From Planctomycetota bacterium (GTDB lineage Bacteria > Planctomycetota > PLA2 > JAEUHO01): a stretch of DNA of 64,000 nucleotides. Shown in pieces: positions 8,490-17,926 of the stretch (positions within the stretch are counted from its first letter, which is position 1; every line of letters begins with the position of its first letter). Both the position numbers and the translations under genes were made by a program. Under the pieces are notes generated by a model, which made no database searches, was not told where the DNA came from, and saw nothing but the letters and a program-made list of their open reading frames with translations. The stretch spans positions 1-64,000 of the forward strand of contig JBFWRP010000005.1 of NCBI GenBank assembly GCA_050248855.1, written 5' to 3'.

Positions 8490-10160
8490 CTACTTCCCCA
8501 GCTCCTCGGCCAGCTCGTCGAGTGCGTCGAGCACGTCCGGGTCGTCCCCGCCCGCGTCGCGGTATGCCTTGAACTTGGCGAAGGCCTCCTCGAGGCGCTC
8601 CTCTTCCAGGTACAGGTCGCCCATCAGGATGAGCAGCTCGAGGGCATCCGGCTTGAGGGCGTAGGCCTTCTCGAGCGCCGCGATGGCATCGTCGATGCGC
8701 CCGCGCTCCATCAGGGCGAACCCCAAGCCGCGCCACGCGAAGAACAGCTTGTCGTCGAGCGCGATCGCTTCGCGGTAACGCTTCTCGGCGTCCTTCCACT
8801 TCTTCTGGAAGTACATGTTGTCGCCGAGCCACACCAGGATGTTGGCGTCGCCCGGCGCGACGGCGTGGGCCTGCTCCAGCAGCTTGGCGGCCTTCGGGAA
8901 GCTGCCGTTCTCCTCGTGGTCGAAAGCGCAGTTGACGAGCGCGCGCAAGTTGTCCTTGTGCTCGCGCATCTTCAGCACGCTCTCGTACACCTTGATGGCG
9001 TCCCCCCACTTGGACTGCATGTCCAGGGTGCTGCCGAGGTTGAGTAGCGCCGCGACGAAGCTCTCGTCGACGGCCAGCGCCTTCTTGAACTGGACCTGCG
9101 CCTCGCTGACCCGCCCCTGCTTGAGGAGCGTGTAGCCCACGGAGTTCAGCGCTTCCAGATGCGCCGGCTGGAACGCGAGGATCTCGCGGTAGGCCTCCTC
9201 GGCCTCGGGCCACTTCTTGAGGCGCTCCAACGCCCAGCCCTTGCCGTAGAGCGCATGGACATCCTCGCTCGAGCGGTCGATCAGGATCTGGTAGAGCGTC
9301 AGCGCGGCGTTGTAGCCGGCTTCCGTCTCGGCGCGCCCGTGCAAGTCGGCCCGCGCCAAGATCACGGGACGCGCATCGGCCGCGATCCGCGCCGCGCTGT
9401 CGAGCACGCCCATGGCCCCCTCGATGTCCTGGAGGCCCACGCGCGCCTCGCTCCGCACCAAGAAGGCGGCGATGTAGCTGGGACGCTGCTCCAGGACGGT
9501 GCGCGCGCGTTGGTCCGCCTTCTCGAACTCCTTGGCCAGCAGGTGGAGGCGAGCCAGGGCGAGGTGCCCGAGCCAGAACTGCGGGTTGGCGCCGACGGCG
9601 CCCTCGAGCCGCTTGCGCGCGGAGTCGACCGCACCCGCGGCCATCTCCGCCTCGGCCATGAGCAGGAGCACGTCCGGCCGGTCCCCGGGCGCCGTGGCGA
9701 GTGCCTTCTCCAGCTCCTTCACGGCCGCCGGGGCATCGCCCATCGCAAGCTTGGCGCGACCGAGCTCGAGATGCAGGTCCGACGACTCGCCCTGCTTGAG
9801 CAGCGCCTCGAGCAGTGGGATGCGCTCGGCCGGGGGCTTGAGGCGCAAGCCGTGTACGTGGATGACCGGCCCATGGGCGGGGAAGTCGCGCTCGAGGAGC
9901 TCGTAGTCGGACATCAGGGAGTCGAGCTCGCTCCCGCTGGCAAGCGACGCATCCTGGAACCGCACGTGCGCACGGTAGAACCCGGGGTCCAGCGCGATGG
10001 CCCGCCAGTAGGCCTGGGCGGCGTCGCCCATGCGCATCTCCTCGCGGGCCGCCTCTCCTTGGTCGAAGGCATCGGCCGCGGTCTCGGCCCGGGCAGGCGC
10101 CGCCACGGCCAGCCCCACGACGAACACCAAGGCGAAGGCTGCGAGGAGGCGGTGCGCCAT
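8490..10160 (-). CDS. Secreted tetratricopeptide-repeat protein
   Basis: Signal peptide (APARA) and many TPR-like helical repeats. Confidence 0.85.
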   Translation of the reverse strand: MAHRLLAAFALVFVVGLAVAAPARAETAADAFDQGEAAREEMRMGDAAQAYWRAIALDPGFYRAHVRFQDASLASGSELDSLMSDYELLERDFPAHGPVIHVHGLRLKPPAERIPLLEALLKQGESSDLHLELGRAKLAMGDAPAAVKELEKALATAPGDRPDVLLLMAEAEMAAGAVDSARKRLEGAVGANPQFWLGHLALARLHLLAKEFEKADQRARTVLEQRPSYIAAFLVRSEARVGLQDIEGAMGVLDSAARIAADARPVILARADLHGRAETEAGYNAALTLYQILIDRSSEDVHALYGKGWALERLKKWPEAEEAYREILAFQPAHLEALNSVGYTLLKQGRVSEAQVQFKKALAVDESFVAALLNLGSTLDMQSKWGDAIKVYESVLKMREHKDNLRALVNCAFDHEENGSFPKAAKLLEQAHAVAPGDANILVWLGDNMYFQKKWKDAEKRYREAIALDDKLFFAWRGLGFALMERGRIDDAIAALEKAYALKPDALELLILMGDLYLEEERLEEAFAKFKAYRDAGGDDPDVLDALDELAEELGK

Positions 10161-10287
10161 CGGCGGTCTCCCGTACGAGCGAGGTCGCGCGTGCGCACCT
10201 GGCCCGGGATGGTAGAGAGCGACGCCGCCAAGCGTCCGCCGGGCGTGTCCGACGGCTACGTGGCGGCGTGCAGGTGAGGCGAGGGGA

Positions 10288-10728
10288 TCAACGAACGGGA
10301 TCGGTCGCGCCGGCGTCGTCAGCTTCCGCGACGCGCTGCGCCGTGAGCCAGCGCTCCTGGTTCAGCTTGCGGTCCAGGTCCATGAGCGTCTCGCGACGCT
10401 CCTGGATCATCTCGCGTCGCTTCTCTTCGTCGCGCAGCTGCTCCCACTCGCGAGCCGTGCGCTCGGACTTGCCCTCGCCGTCGCGCTTGGGGCCCGTGCC
10501 GCGCGCGCCACCGGAACCGACGCTGCCGGTGCCCGTACCGCCGCGTGCCGAGCCGCGGCCCCCGCCGCGAGCGCCGCGGCCACCGCGACCACCGCCGCCG
10601 CGACCACCGCCGCCGCGACCACCGCCGCCACGACCGCCGCCGCCGCGAGCGAAGACGTCCTCCGTGAGCATGCCGAGGGAGAGGGCTGCCATGGCCACGA
10701 CGAGCCACGTGCGCAAGCGCTTGAACAT
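10288..10728 (-). CDS. Small secreted Gly/Arg-rich protein
   Basis: AGGAGG RBS, signal peptide ending VFA, (RGGGG)n tract and a charged helical tail. Confidence 0.7.
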   Translation of the reverse strand: MFKRLRTWLVVAMAALSLGMLTEDVFARGGGGRGGGGRGGGGRGGGGRGGRGARGGGRGSARGGTGTGSVGSGGARGTGPKRDGEGKSERTAREWEQLRDEEKRREMIQERRETLMDLDRKLNQERWLTAQRVAEADDAGATDPVR

Positions 10729-10777
10729 GATGAACCTCCTCACGAGGTCCGCGTGTCGGTTCGTGCGCGCCGCGCGC

Positions 10778-11956
10778 TCACGAACCGGACAGCTCGGGGT
10801 CTTTCTGGATGGCGTCCGTGATCTTCTTGAGAGCGGCTTCCCGACGCGACTCGTTCGCTTTCGGGTTGTAGCCGAAATCCTTGCCCAGATGGGCCTTGAC
10901 GATGGCGATGCCGGAGGTCCGCGCCTCCAGCGACACATCGTAGAGCAGGTCCAGGGCCGCGGAAACCGCGCGTTTGGGGCCCTTGGACAAGGCCTCTTCC
11001 ACGGCAGCGCGCGTGGCGGCGTCCAGGCTCGGGTCCTTGAGGCGGGCGACGAGGGCCCGCGTGGCCTTGCGGTCCCCACCCGCGTGCGCCTCCATCTCGC
11101 CGGCGAGCGCCGGGTCCCGTCCCGCATCGGGCGACAGCTCGAGACGGATGCCCTTCTCCTCGAGCCACGCGGGCGCGAGGCGCCCCGTGATCACGACTTC
11201 ACTCACGCGCAGGCGTGCTTCGGCGGAGTAGAAGCCGGCAACGAGGTTTCCAAGCTTGGGTCCCTTGGGCTTGCCTTGCAGCTCGAGGCCGTCGGGCCCC
11301 TCCATCTCGAAGTGGCCCTTGACCCAGCGGGCCACGAGCGGCACGACTTCGCCCGCCTTGTGCTCGGCATTGGGCGGCCGACGGCTGATGTAGCGGAAGC
11401 CGACGAAATCGTCCGGCGAGTCGCCTTCGCGCCACTGGTCGCCGAACTGGATGATGCTGTGTTGCCCGCCCGTCTGACCGGGATCCCGCTTGTGGAAGTA
11501 GGACTCGACCAGGGTGTAGATGACGTAGTCGTGTGCGCCGTCCGCGGGGGCGAACCACGCTCCGACATCGCTCCAGGCTTCCAGGCGCAGCTTGGCCGCC
11601 ATCGTCACGTCGCCCGTCCACGTGGCCTTGTGGCGGGCGCCCTTCTTGGCGGGGATGTCGAGGCTCCCGTCGAACCAGCCCAGCTCCTCGTCGAGCTTCT
11701 CGCCGTACATGCGAAACGGCGCTCCGATCTCCCAGTCCCCCAGCTGCGCCTGGTCGCGGAAGTCGTAGCGGATCGTCACCACGCCCTTCTTGTCGATGCT
11801 GACGCGTCCGGCGAAGTGCTGGTCGAGGGTGCCCTCGGCGCGCGCACCGCGAGCCGCCAGCGCACACATCGCGACCGCCAGAAGGGGCAGTCCGAGGGCT
11901 GCCAGGGCGAGCCTGGCCAGGAGGGGGCCGCGAAAGGCGGAACGAACGGGGGGCAC
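10778..11956 (-). CDS. Secreted hypothetical protein (beta-rich domain plus C-terminal HEAT-like helices)
   Basis: Signal peptide ending ARA, normal coding bias, beta-rich core; start uncertain. Confidence 0.65.
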   Translation of the reverse strand: MPPVRSAFRGPLLARLALAALGLPLLAVAMCALAARGARAEGTLDQHFAGRVSIDKKGVVTIRYDFRDQAQLGDWEIGAPFRMYGEKLDEELGWFDGSLDIPAKKGARHKATWTGDVTMAAKLRLEAWSDVGAWFAPADGAHDYVIYTLVESYFHKRDPGQTGGQHSIIQFGDQWREGDSPDDFVGFRYISRRPPNAEHKAGEVVPLVARWVKGHFEMEGPDGLELQGKPKGPKLGNLVAGFYSAEARLRVSEVVITGRLAPAWLEEKGIRLELSPDAGRDPALAGEMEAHAGGDRKATRALVARLKDPSLDAATRAAVEEALSKGPKRAVSAALDLLYDVSLEARTSGIAIVKAHLGKDFGYNPKANESRREAALKKITDAIQKDPELSGS

Positions 11957-12064
11957 GGCCGGGAGGTAGCCTCGTCCACGCAGGGCCGGCTGACCCGCCA
12001 CGGCGTTGCGTGTGGCAACCTTCAACCCTCGAGGTCGGCGCAGGTCGTGGGTGCGAGAGGCCCG

Positions 12065-13216
12065 ATGGTCGTCGTTCACGAGCGTGCTCCGAAGCCCCAC
12101 GGGTCAGGCCCTGATCGGCCGACCGCCGGGACGGGTGCGCCCCGGGTCCTCCTCGTCAGGCTCTCCGCCGTGGGGGACGTCCTGCACGCCCTCCCGGTTC
12201 TGTCCGCCCTCCGGGCCCACTGGCCGGCGGCGCATCTGACGTGGGCGGTGGAGGATCGGGCGGCCTCGCTCCTCCTCGGTCGCAGCGACCTGGACCGGGT
12301 CATCGTGTTCCCCCGCCGGGCCTTGGCCGCCGCCGCTCGCCGCTCCCCGGGTGCGGGCTGGCGCGCTTTGAGGGAGTTCCTCGGTGAGCTGCGGGGCCGG
12401 CGCGGCTTCGATGCCGCGCTCGATCTCCAGGGGAACCTCAAGAGCGGTCTGGTGACCCGGGCCAGCGGGGCGCCGCTTCGGGTGGGTCCGGGCCGGCGCG
12501 AGGGCCGGGAGCTCAACCACCTGTTCCTGACCCGCCGGGTGCCCGTTCCCGCGGGCGCCCGCCACCGCGTGGAGCGCAACCTCGCGCTGGCCTCGGCACT
12601 GGCGGGCCGGCGGCTGGCCTGGCGGGACCCCGGGTTCGAGCGATCGCCGGCCGCCGCGGCGGCGGCCGACGCGCTCCTGGCGGCCGCGGGCCGGGCCCCC
12701 ACGGGCGGCTACGTGCTGGTGCACCCGGGGACGAGCGGGTTCGGGCAGTTCAAGCGCTGGCCGATCGAGCGCTTCGGCGCGTTCGTGCGGCGCCTCGTGG
12801 CCGATGGCCACGATGTCGTGGCCACCGCCGGCCCCGGCGAGGAAGGCCTCGTGCGCGAGGTCCTTGCCGCGAGCGGAACGGGCGCGGCCCTGCTCGTCCC
12901 GCCCGACCTGACGACGCTGGCCGAGCTCCAGTCCCGTGCGCGTCTCGTGGTGGCGCCGGACACCGGTCCGCTGCACCTGGCCGCGCTCACGGGGGTTCCC
13001 GTGCTGGGCCTGTTCGGCCCGAAAGACCCCGACGTGTACGGCCCCTACGGACGACGCGCCGACGGCACGGTCGGCACGTTGGAGGTCATCACGCGCGACG
13101 ACGTCGCCTGCCGCCCCTGCACGCTCCGTCGCTGCGACCTGCCGCTCTGCATGACGACGTTGGATCCCGACGACGTGCTCGCGCGCGCGCGGAAGCTGTT
13201 GGCGCAGGGTGCCTGA
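12065..13216 (+). CDS. waaC: ADP-heptose:LPS heptosyltransferase (GT9), WaaC-like
   Basis: RLSAVGDVLHALP, DLQGNLKS, HPG...KRWP, DTGPLHLAA, LFGP. Confidence 0.8.
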   Translation: MVVVHERAPKPHGSGPDRPTAGTGAPRVLLVRLSAVGDVLHALPVLSALRAHWPAAHLTWAVEDRAASLLLGRSDLDRVIVFPRRALAAAARRSPGAGWRALREFLGELRGRRGFDAALDLQGNLKSGLVTRASGAPLRVGPGRREGRELNHLFLTRRVPVPAGARHRVERNLALASALAGRRLAWRDPGFERSPAAAAAADALLAAAGRAPTGGYVLVHPGTSGFGQFKRWPIERFGAFVRRLVADGHDVVATAGPGEEGLVREVLAASGTGAALLVPPDLTTLAELQSRARLVVAPDTGPLHLAALTGVPVLGLFGPKDPDVYGPYGRRADGTVGTLEVITRDDVACRPCTLRRCDLPLCMTTLDPDDVLARARKLLAQGA

Positions 13217-13297
13217 TCCGGCGTCGGGACGCGCCGGGGTACGTGCAGCGGACCTGGATCGCCTGCGGCGGGGGTCGTCCGTTGCGCGAACGGGACC

Positions 13298-13393
13298 GTA
13301 CCGAGCCAGGTGAGATTCCCGCTTCACGCTGCGGCGCAACCAACCATGGGGAGATCAACCGGGGCGTGAAGCTGGAATCTCACCCGGCTCGTC
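13298..13393. repeat. REPIN-like long hairpin (family A)
   Basis: ~33-bp imperfect inverted arms containing GGTGAGATTCC, shared with 47651-47747; lies between convergent genes. Confidence 0.75.
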
Positions 13394-13420
13394 CCCTGGG
13401 GTGCGGAGATGTCTCCGTGC

Positions 13421-13446
13421 GGGACCGAGCATCTGGCGAGCCGCCC
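13421..13446 (-). repeat. Dispersed REP-like motif (family B)
   Basis: GGGACCGAGCATCTGGCGAGCCGCCC identical at 21677-21702; reverse-complement copies at 55189-55208 and (degenerate) 26878-26897. Confidence 0.8.
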
Positions 13447-13472
13447 CCCCGACGGCACAGCCACCGCCCGAA

Positions 13473-13898
13473 TCAGATAGGCAGGCTGCCGGGGCCGAGC
13501 TCGAGGATGGGCCCCCGCGGCCCCAACTGGATCGTGTGGACTCGCTCGAGGACGTCGTCGAGCACGATGCGGTCGGTGGCGTCCCCGTCGACGAGCATGC
13601 CGTTGCCGCCCAGGTTCTCGATCTCGACGCGATCGGACGCGTGGAGCGTGATCCGTACGTGCCGACGGCTGACGGAGGCATAGAGCAACGAGCGCTGCAC
13701 GTCGCGGCGCGCCGCGCCGCGCGATTTGAGGTACGCCGGGGAGCGCTTGAGCGACCAGTCGCACCAGCGGCTGCGCCCGACGACCACGCTCTGGCCCTCC
13801 GCGATGCGCAGGGTCTGGCCCTCGGCCAGCTCGCCCGTGCCGCGCAGCAGGACGTAGCAGGACGAGACGGGGGCCGACGGGGTCTCCAGCGGGTTCAT
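13473..13898 (-). CDS. FHA domain protein
   Basis: VGRS..CD, SVSRRH and NG.LVDG FHA signature. Confidence 0.8.
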   Translation of the reverse strand: MNPLETPSAPVSSCYVLLRGTGELAEGQTLRIAEGQSVVVGRSRWCDWSLKRSPAYLKSRGAARRDVQRSLLYASVSRRHVRITLHASDRVEIENLGGNGMLVDGDATDRIVLDDVLERVHTIQLGPRGPILELGPGSLPI

Positions 13899-13942
13899 GG
13901 CTTTGGTCCTTCCTGGATCCTACGACGACGACGGGCGCGGGA

Positions 13943-16900
13943 CTACCGCTCGGCTTCGGCGGCCAGCTGGGCTTCCCGCTCCGCCCGCCACCCTTGCTGG
14001 ACGGTGCCGCGCAAGACGATGTCGTCCACGAGGACCGGCGTCCACGTCAGCAGGCTGATCCGGCCGCTGCCGTGCCGCATGGAGCGCTGTCGGTCGCTGC
14101 GCGTCCCCAGGTCGGCCCAGCCCCCCTCGCGATGGCTGGCCACGAGGCGCCCATCCACGTGCAGCTCGAGCCGGTCGAGCTGGCGCACGACGCGCACGCG
14201 GTACGAGCGTCCGGGCTCGAACGCGAACAGGCGCCGGTCGGGCGACGCCATCTCCTCGCGTCCGAGCTGCGTCCAGCGCGCTTCGTTCGCGGCTGCCGCG
14301 TAGTCGGGCCACGACCAGCCCTGCAACCACGAGCTGCCGAACGTCGTCAGCGGCGTGGTCTGGACGCCCACGCCCCGGCCCAAGCCGTAGATGTTCCATT
14401 CGGGCGGGCCGGAGCGCTTCTCGCGATCGAGCGGAGGCACTCCCTGCGGCAGGCGCTGCCCCTGGGCCCGCGGGTCGGCGGAGACGACGGCGAGCTTGGG
14501 CCCGTCCATGTCGAAGGCGATCAGGGGGGCACCCGCGCGCGTGTGGAGCGTGAGCTCCAGCTCGAACGGCAGGGCCGGGTCGAACATCTGCTCGAACGAG
14601 AGCGGACGGTCGTAGATCGGCGCTTCGGCGCCGGCGAGGAGGAGGAGGGCGTAGGGGTCCGTGCCCGCGCCCGGCGTGACGACGCCCTCGCCCGCGCCTT
14701 CGCGGACGAACTCGCCCAGGCCGTGCAAGACGTTGCGTTTCTGCACCTCGGGGGTGTCCAGGTCGAGACGGAACTCGACGGCGTCGGCGCCGCTGGCCGC
14801 GACGCGCGCACCGGGAACCAGCGCACGCAGAACGTCGCGCTCCAGCCCTTCCCGGGTCTTGAGCAGCAGCTCGTCGACGCGGGCGCGTCGTTCGTCGTAC
14901 GTCCGTGTCCAGCGCAAGCGGTCCGCCGGATCGCGCAGACGCTCGAGCTCTTCCTGGGCCTCGACGTAGCGCTCCTCCTCCAGGTAGGTGGACGCGTCGG
15001 CCTCGGCCTGGGCCGCGCGCTGCTCGCGAGCCCGCTGCGCCGTCACCACCAGGTCGCGGCGCGCGCGCACGAAGCGAGCCCAGAGGCCGCCCTCGTCGCC
15101 CAGGGCGTCGAATGCGCGACCGGCGCTCTCGTGCGCAGCGACCGTCGGCCGGAGGTCCACACCGGGAGCATCCTCGATCGGTCCGAGGGCCGACAGCCGC
15201 GCGTACGCTTCCACCTCGGGCGTGACCCCCGAGGCGCTCCCGCGCGCCCATGCCAGCAGGACGTCCGGGTGGATGGCCCGGATCGGCAGGAAGCGCGCAT
15301 CGGCCTGGCTGCGCTTGGCGTCGACGATCTCGAGGCCGCGGCGCTCGAGGTCCACGCGGCGGACGAAGATGCGCTCGGGCAGGGAACCGGTGAGCTCGGC
15401 GCCGGCACGCAAACGCGGGGCCTCGAGCGGCGCACGGGGGTCGATGCGCTCCAACGCCTTCTGTTCCAGGGCGTCGAGCGGGTCGGCCGCCGCCAGCAGG
15501 GCGGCCAGCCGCGGCTCGGCGCCGAGGGCGGGGTCGCGGTCGCGCTGGCGGCGGGCCACGAGGTCGCGGAGCGCCGCCGCATCGCCGGCTTGGATGGCCT
15601 GGAACGCTTCCGCCTCCGCCTCGGCCCAGGCGGCATCGCGCAGCGCATCGTGGCGGCCCAGGCCTGCGCGCAGCTCGGAGGCCAGACGCCGCGCCAGCGA
15701 CCCGCCGTCGGGTTGCTCGCGGTCGGCATCGCGGGCGAGCGCCTCGAGCTTCTCGGCCAGCGCGCGCCACGCCTCCGCATCCGGCGGCGCACCGCTGTCG
15801 AGCCACGTCTTGGCCTGCAGCAGGCGCTCCTGCAGCAGCTGGTGCAGGGCGGCCTGGGTGCGGGCCTCGATCGTCGTGCGCAGCTGCTCGACGAGCCGAC
15901 CGAGCACGGCTTCTGCCGGCCCCAGGACGGCGCCGTCGTGCTGCGCGAGCAGCGCCAGCTCGTCCTCGATGCGCGCGTACAGGTCCGCAAGTCCCCGATC
16001 GAGCGCCGAGCGGTAGGCCGCCAACGCCCGCGCATCCAGGGCCTCCCGCGCCCGGGCCTGCGTCCCGCGCGCATCGAGCTCGCCAGCCGCCGCGCCCAGG
16101 CGTTCGACGGCCCGCCCGACGCGACGTGCCTCTTCTCGCGCCCGCTCCAGCGCGAAGCCGGCCGGGACGTTCCGATCGTTGGCCAGCCACGCCTCGTGGC
16201 TCGCGGCGGACGACACCAAGGCCTCGAAGCTGCGGGCCCCGGCCATCTCGGCCGCGGCGCGCTGCTGCTGCTCGACCAAGCGCCTCTCCCCGGCGCGCGC
16301 GAGGATGCGCTCGAGCTCGGAGCGCGCGCGGATCACCCAGGCACTGACCGAGCCGTCGTCGGTGCCACCCTGCTGGGCGAAGACGGTGGACGCGGCGCCG
16401 AGCTCCTCGGCGGCCAGGGGCGCCTCGAGCGCCTTGAGAAGCTGACCGAGACGCGTGAGATCGCCACTCACGTCCCGCAGACGACGCAGGTGCTCGTCGA
16501 CGGCCCTGCGCCGCGTGCTCTTGCTCTGGGCCTGCGCCTCCCAGTCGGCGAGTTCCTTCTCCTGCTCCACGGCCTGTCCCAGGCTGCGCTCGAGGCGACG
16601 GGAGCGCTCCGCCCATTGGCTCTTGAGCCTGTCGTGCGCGCTGATGGCGTTGGCCGTGTCGACCTCGGCCGGGGCGTCGATGTCGCTCCAGCTCGTGGTC
16701 CGCAAGAGGCGCTCGGCGCGCTCATCCGCCTCGACACGCGCCCGGGAACGCTCGCGGTGTTGCAGGAGCAGCCCGGCCGCCACACCGAGCACCACGACCA
16801 CGGCGAGTGCGATCCCCGCGCGACGCGCGCCCACGCGCAGGCGTCGACGGAGCAACCACGCTTCCCAGTTGCCCGTGAACCCCACCGGGACGATGGAGCG

Positions 16901-17926
16901 CCCGCCCAGGATGCGATCGACGTCCGTGACGACGTCGGCCGGCGTGGGGTAACGCAGCGACGGGTCCTTGAGCATCATGCGCTCGACGAGGTAGCCGGCC
17001 TCGCCGCTCACGGCCGGGTTCAGGACGCGCAGCGGCGTCGGCTGCTCGTAGAGCACCTTGGTGATGATCTCGGCCAGCGTCGAGCCCTCGAAGGGCGGTC
17101 GGCCCGCGAGCATGGCGTAGAGCGTGGCCCCCAGGCTGTAGATGTCGCTGCGGGTGTCGGCCTTGCGCGGGTCCTGCGCCTGCTCGGGCGAGATGAACTG
17201 CGGCGTACCCACGGTCGCGCCGTGCTGCGTGAGGCCCAGGTCCACCGGCCCCTTGGCCAGCCCCAGGTCCATCAGCTTGGGCACGCCCTGGCGCGTGAGC
17301 AGGACGTTGCCCGGCTTCACGTCCCGATGGACCACGCCCATCCGGCGCGCCTTCTCCAAGGCGTCCGCCAGACCGCGCGTGATCTCGAGCGCCTTCTCCT
17401 CGTCGAGCGCGCCCTCGCGGGCGATCAGGTCACGCAGGCTCTCGCCCTCCACGTACTCCATGACGAAGAACGGGAAGCCGTTGGACTCACCCGCATCGAG
17501 CGCCCGCACGATGTTGGGGTGGTCGAGGCTGGCGAGCATCTCCGCCTCGCTGCGGAGGCGTTCGACCTGGGTCGGGTCCGCCGCGAGATCACGGCGCAGG
17601 ACCTTGATCGCGACGAGGCGGTTGAGGCGCAGGTGCCGGGCCTTGTACACGGTGCCCATCGCGCCGCGGCCCAGGCGTGCGAGCAGCTGGTACCCCTCGA
17701 TCTGCGCGCCGGCGCCGCGCGGCTCGACGCGACTTCGGACGCGACGTGCCTGCTCGTCGGCCAGCCAGCCGCGCTTGACGAGGATGACCGCCAAGCGCTC
17801 GTCGATCTTGAGGTCCTCGGCCATGCGGCGCTGCAGGAGGAAACCTTCCTCGACCTGCGCCTCGGTCACGTAGCCGAGGTTCTGGGCCTCTTGCGCGAAC
17901 AGGAAGTCCTCGTTCGTCGCGCTCAT
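13943..17926 (-). CDS. Membrane-anchored Hanks-type Ser/Thr protein kinase (1327 aa)
   Basis: GRGAMG, VAIK, HRDVKPGN, DLGLA and GTPQFISPEQ; TM helix; long helical plus beta-rich C-terminal region. Confidence 0.92.
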   Translation of the reverse strand: MSATNEDFLFAQEAQNLGYVTEAQVEEGFLLQRRMAEDLKIDERLAVILVKRGWLADEQARRVRSRVEPRGAGAQIEGYQLLARLGRGAMGTVYKARHLRLNRLVAIKVLRRDLAADPTQVERLRSEAEMLASLDHPNIVRALDAGESNGFPFFVMEYVEGESLRDLIAREGALDEEKALEITRGLADALEKARRMGVVHRDVKPGNVLLTRQGVPKLMDLGLAKGPVDLGLTQHGATVGTPQFISPEQAQDPRKADTRSDIYSLGATLYAMLAGRPPFEGSTLAEIITKVLYEQPTPLRVLNPAVSGEAGYLVERMMLKDPSLRYPTPADVVTDVDRILGGRSIVPVGFTGNWEAWLLRRRLRVGARRAGIALAVVVVLGVAAGLLLQHRERSRARVEADERAERLLRTTSWSDIDAPAEVDTANAISAHDRLKSQWAERSRRLERSLGQAVEQEKELADWEAQAQSKSTRRRAVDEHLRRLRDVSGDLTRLGQLLKALEAPLAAEELGAASTVFAQQGGTDDGSVSAWVIRARSELERILARAGERRLVEQQQRAAAEMAGARSFEALVSSAASHEAWLANDRNVPAGFALERAREEARRVGRAVERLGAAAGELDARGTQARAREALDARALAAYRSALDRGLADLYARIEDELALLAQHDGAVLGPAEAVLGRLVEQLRTTIEARTQAALHQLLQERLLQAKTWLDSGAPPDAEAWRALAEKLEALARDADREQPDGGSLARRLASELRAGLGRHDALRDAAWAEAEAEAFQAIQAGDAAALRDLVARRQRDRDPALGAEPRLAALLAAADPLDALEQKALERIDPRAPLEAPRLRAGAELTGSLPERIFVRRVDLERRGLEIVDAKRSQADARFLPIRAIHPDVLLAWARGSASGVTPEVEAYARLSALGPIEDAPGVDLRPTVAAHESAGRAFDALGDEGGLWARFVRARRDLVVTAQRAREQRAAQAEADASTYLEEERYVEAQEELERLRDPADRLRWTRTYDERRARVDELLLKTREGLERDVLRALVPGARVAASGADAVEFRLDLDTPEVQKRNVLHGLGEFVREGAGEGVVTPGAGTDPYALLLLAGAEAPIYDRPLSFEQMFDPALPFELELTLHTRAGAPLIAFDMDGPKLAVVSADPRAQGQRLPQGVPPLDREKRSGPPEWNIYGLGRGVGVQTTPLTTFGSSWLQGWSWPDYAAAANEARWTQLGREEMASPDRRLFAFEPGRSYRVRVVRQLDRLELHVDGRLVASHREGGWADLGTRSDRQRSMRHGSGRISLLTWTPVLVDDIVLRGTVQQGWRAEREAQLAAEAER

